IMG/VR virus record: IMGVR_UViG_3300047457_000862
Span: 1 to 59,311 of that record
Direction: 5' to 3' (one strand)
Length of the DNA: 59,311 nt
Source of the DNA: a virus
Lineage: Duplodnaviria > Caudoviricetes
Each line of letters begins with the position of its first letter. Within the stretch, counting starts at the first letter, position 1. A program made the position numbers and the translations under genes. Positions 56,790-59,311 of this stretch are shown here, piece after piece. The notes under the pieces are model-generated. The model was not told the origin of the DNA, did not search any database, and saw only the letters and a list, made by a program, of their open reading frames with translations.

Positions 56790-57036
56790 TCACTCGCAAT
56801 GAAAAACATAGAATCAATCCGGCATCTCAAGAATGCCGCGCAAACACTCAGAACGCTCCGCCCGAATTTCCTCAAGGAGATCGCGGAGCCTCGGTGCGAC
56901 AAGCCCGCAACGCCATCGACGCAGCCATGAAAGGAGCCGAATGAGCGACGATCAAATAGAATTCATCGGGCAAGTCGCGATCCTCATCGTGGCAATAATT
57001 TGCATCACGGCACTCATCATCAAATTCGGTTAATTT

Positions 57037-57960
57037 ATGGGAAAAGACTCAGCAATCAGCTGGACGCACCACACGTTTAATACGTGGTGGGGATGCGAGA
57101 AAGTATCACCGGCCTGCGCTCACTGCTACGCCGAAACGTGGTCGAAGCGCACGGGGCTTGATTCGCTATGGAAGGGTGAGCGTCGATTCTTCAGCGACAA
57201 GCATTGGAACGACCCGATTCGCTGGAACAAGGCGGCGGAACTGGCGGGGGAGCGTCGGCGGGTGTTTTGCGCGAGCATGGCGGATGTGTTTGAGGACAGG
57301 GAGGAGTTGATTCCGCATCGGGCGCGGTTATTCGACCTCATCCGCCGCACTCCAAACCTCGACTGGCTGCTGCTCACGAAAAGGCCGGAGAACATCGGCA
57401 TTCACATGAAACAAGTCTGGCATCAAGCGGATGATACAGGAATGTCGGAATTGAGGACGTTCGTGAAGGAATGGCTGCAAGGCACCGCGCCCGCAAACGT
57501 GTGGATTGGGACTACGGTGGAAAATCAGGAAATGGCGGAGAAGCGGATTCCTTCGCTACTCAAAGTTCCGGCTGCTGTGCATTTCCTAAGCTGCGAGCCG
57601 TTGCTTGGGCCGGTTGATATTTCTTTGTTTTTGGATGACTGCAACGGAATCCCTCGCACGCCTTGGGTGATTTGCGGCGGGGAATCCGGCGCACACGCAC
57701 GCCCAATGAACCCCGATTGGGCGCGAACACTCCGGGACCAATGCGCCGCCGCTGGCGTGCCGTTTCATTTCAAGCAGCATGGGGAATGGTGCCCCGGTGC
57801 ATTCGGGACAAACATTCCCGATTGTTTAACGCCGGAACAGCGCGCCGATAAACGGTTTTACCATTACTTTGATCCACCCGGAGGTAAAACTTGGCGCGTC
57901 GGCACCAAGCGCGCCGGACGGCTGCTCGATGGTGTGCTCCATGATGAATTCCCTCGATAG
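57037..57960 (+). CDS. phage Gp37/Gp68 (DUF5131) radical-SAM-like protein
   Basis: ISWTHHTFN.W.GC.KVSPACAHCYA, LLTKRP, SCEPLL, GGESG, FHFKQ. Confidence 0.92.
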   Translation: MGKDSAISWTHHTFNTWWGCEKVSPACAHCYAETWSKRTGLDSLWKGERRFFSDKHWNDPIRWNKAAELAGERRRVFCASMADVFEDREELIPHRARLFDLIRRTPNLDWLLLTKRPENIGIHMKQVWHQADDTGMSELRTFVKEWLQGTAPANVWIGTTVENQEMAEKRIPSLLKVPAAVHFLSCEPLLGPVDISLFLDDCNGIPRTPWVICGGESGAHARPMNPDWARTLRDQCAAAGVPFHFKQHGEWCPGAFGTNIPDCLTPEQRADKRFYHYFDPPGGKTWRVGTKRAGRLLDGVLHDEFPR

Positions 57961-57962
57961 CC

Positions 57963-58163
57963 ATGGGCAGGAAGCCAGACGCGCGAATAGACCTCGGGCT
58001 TGCCATCCTGTCCACCCGCCCGCGCAAGCCGCGCACGCTGGAGGAGATTGCCGCCTTCTGTGGCTGCCACAACACCGCGATCAGCCGGATAGAGCGGTCG
58101 GCCCTGAAAAAGCTCAAGGCGAGGCTCCTGGAGCGCCAGGCGACCCATTCCGCAATGCGATGA
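57963..58163 (+). CDS. stand-alone sigma70 region-4-like HTH protein
   Basis: RTLEEIA...ISRIERSALKKLK. Confidence 0.75.
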   Translation: MGRKPDARIDLGLAILSTRPRKPRTLEEIAAFCGCHNTAISRIERSALKKLKARLLERQATHSAMR

Positions 58164-58444
58164 CAACGAACATTGAGATATCGAAGCAGATATTCACCGC
58201 GGGATGCGCCATGAAGCTGAGCACGCACGGGATCCAACTGATCACATTCGTCGGATCCAAGACGATGAACGAACTGACGCGTGAGCTATCGGTGGATTCG
58301 CACCCCGGCGTGATTGAGGCCGGGGATGGCAATCGATACTACCGCAGCTACGTTGTGGACTCCGGGATCGATGGATACGGCTCCATCACGATCCGGATCA
58401 AAGATATGACCCCCGAAATGAAACGAAACCTGAACGAACAATGA
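58160..58444 (+). CDS. hypothetical protein
   Basis: Coupled ORF. Confidence 0.5.
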   Translation: MTTNIEISKQIFTAGCAMKLSTHGIQLITFVGSKTMNELTRELSVDSHPGVIEAGDGNRYYRSYVVDSGIDGYGSITIRIKDMTPEMKRNLNEQ

Positions 58445-58659
58445 CCAAGAAAACCGACTCATGGCTTACTCGAACAAGCCGACCTGAAAAACCGACGCGA
58501 CGCAAAGGATTCCGACTCGGAGCTCTCGTGTTCCATTCTAGATGGGGATACGGGCACATCGAGAGGTTGTTGGGGCATCTGGAAGCCTGTGTGAAGTTCA
58601 ACAGAACAGGCGACGTCCGCGTGATAAGGAGAACTCAAGTGAAATGCTTCAAGCCATGA
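58441..58659 (+). CDS. small SH3/Tudor-like protein
   Basis: FRLGALVFHSRWGYGHI...VKF. Confidence 0.55.
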   Translation: MTKKTDSWLTRTSRPEKPTRRKGFRLGALVFHSRWGYGHIERLLGHLEACVKFNRTGDVRVIRRTQVKCFKP

Positions 58660-58868
58660 AAAGGGTAAGAATCGTATTCGCTGACGAACTTCCAGACTGT
58701 GAGTGCTGCGAAGACAAGTGGTGTCTGGAGCACAAGATGCACTACGCAGACTGCCCATGCGTAGGCCCAACGAACGCGGAAGAGCTCGGATACAAGCTCG
58801 TAGAGGACGGGGATGGGGTGCTGTGGGGGGTTCAGGCTTCTATGATCGATCGCCGGACCTCGTCGTAG
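58656..58868 (+). CDS. small Cys/His-rich protein
   Basis: CECC..WC..H..HYADCPC. Confidence 0.6.
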   Translation: MKRVRIVFADELPDCECCEDKWCLEHKMHYADCPCVGPTNAEELGYKLVEDGDGVLWGVQASMIDRRTSS

Positions 58869-59302
58869 AACGAAGCCATAGGGCGCAGGGTATTCAGCAC
58901 ATCCGAAGCTGCGCTCTTCCCCATCTCGACCACGCCGCGCACTCCTCCAACCCTGCGGGACCACAATGCGAACTCGGCTTTCACTCCCTGCACTGTCGCA
59001 ACTCCTCCGCCCCCATCCTTGGCCCGGAGGATCTTCGCGGCCAGCTTCAGCTTCCTGCGGTTACACCCCGCCTTCGTGCCCTCCTCGGGAACCGGAATGC
59101 CTAGTCGCTCACACCATTCGTCCCTGCCCCTGCGGATCCACTCACGGGACACTCCGCAAGCCTCCGCACTCTTGTTCATCGATGAGAACCCGTTGATCAC
59201 CGCAAGGCGCGGGATGGAGTGAAGTAGCTGATGAATTCGAGCCCTTAGATTCGCAGTCTCGCAGTGAACAAGGATGCAAACGATGGTTGAGATCATCTGC
59301 AT
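58832..59302 (-). CDS. HTH-containing protein, probably 5'-truncated by the window
   Basis: MNKSAEACGVSREWIRR. Confidence 0.55.
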   Translation of the reverse strand: MQMISTIVCILVHCETANLRARIHQLLHSIPRLAVINGFSSMNKSAEACGVSREWIRRGRDEWCERLGIPVPEEGTKAGCNRRKLKLAAKILRAKDGGGGVATVQGVKAEFALWSRRVGGVRGVVEMGKSAASDVLNTLRPMASFYDEVRRSIIEA

Positions 59303-59311
59303 CCGCCCAAG

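Noticed and set aside
1-59311. Integrase, repressor, lysis genes, reverse transcriptase/DGR
   Set aside because: No recognisable motifs in the ORF track; they may lie outside the window.

Overview
The window is a ~59 kb piece of a tailed dsDNA phage or prophage with a lambda-like packaging and head module and no tail sheath gene in view. The host cannot be determined from the sequence. Minus strand 1-21.9 kb: tail genes, tape measure, major capsid protein, protease/scaffold, portal and gpW-like gene. Plus strand 22-40 kb: early and accessory genes (M28-type peptidase; Ycf46-like AAA ATPase with DUF1257-, DUF2997- and DUF3150-like partners). Minus strand 40-45.5 kb: replication and recombination genes (HNH, RuvC-like, KH protein, DnaB, initiator). 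Plus strand 45.8-52.8 kb: recombination genes followed by short accessory ORFs. Terminase (Nu1-like and GpA-like) lies at 52.8-55.2 kb, followed by a tRNA-like element, an RNA ligase, Gp37/Gp68 and a sigma70 region-4-like protein. Three features stand out. (1) An integron-type cassette array at ~48.8-52.8 kb: seven intact attC hairpins, two decayed ones, an attI-like end, complementary cassette ends and no integrase. The ORFs read antisense to the attC polarity and often start inside the attC loops. (2) A ~9.3 kb block between portal and prohead protease encoding basic, modular, polyprotein-like proteins punctuated by a repeated [M/F]S...IxF[A/G] linker, probably protease-processed virion cargo. 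(3) A GTTGAC(A/G)-N14-15-ATG motif ahead of late genes, which also reveals a nested scaffold gene. All family assignments come from motif recognition by eye; no searches were run.
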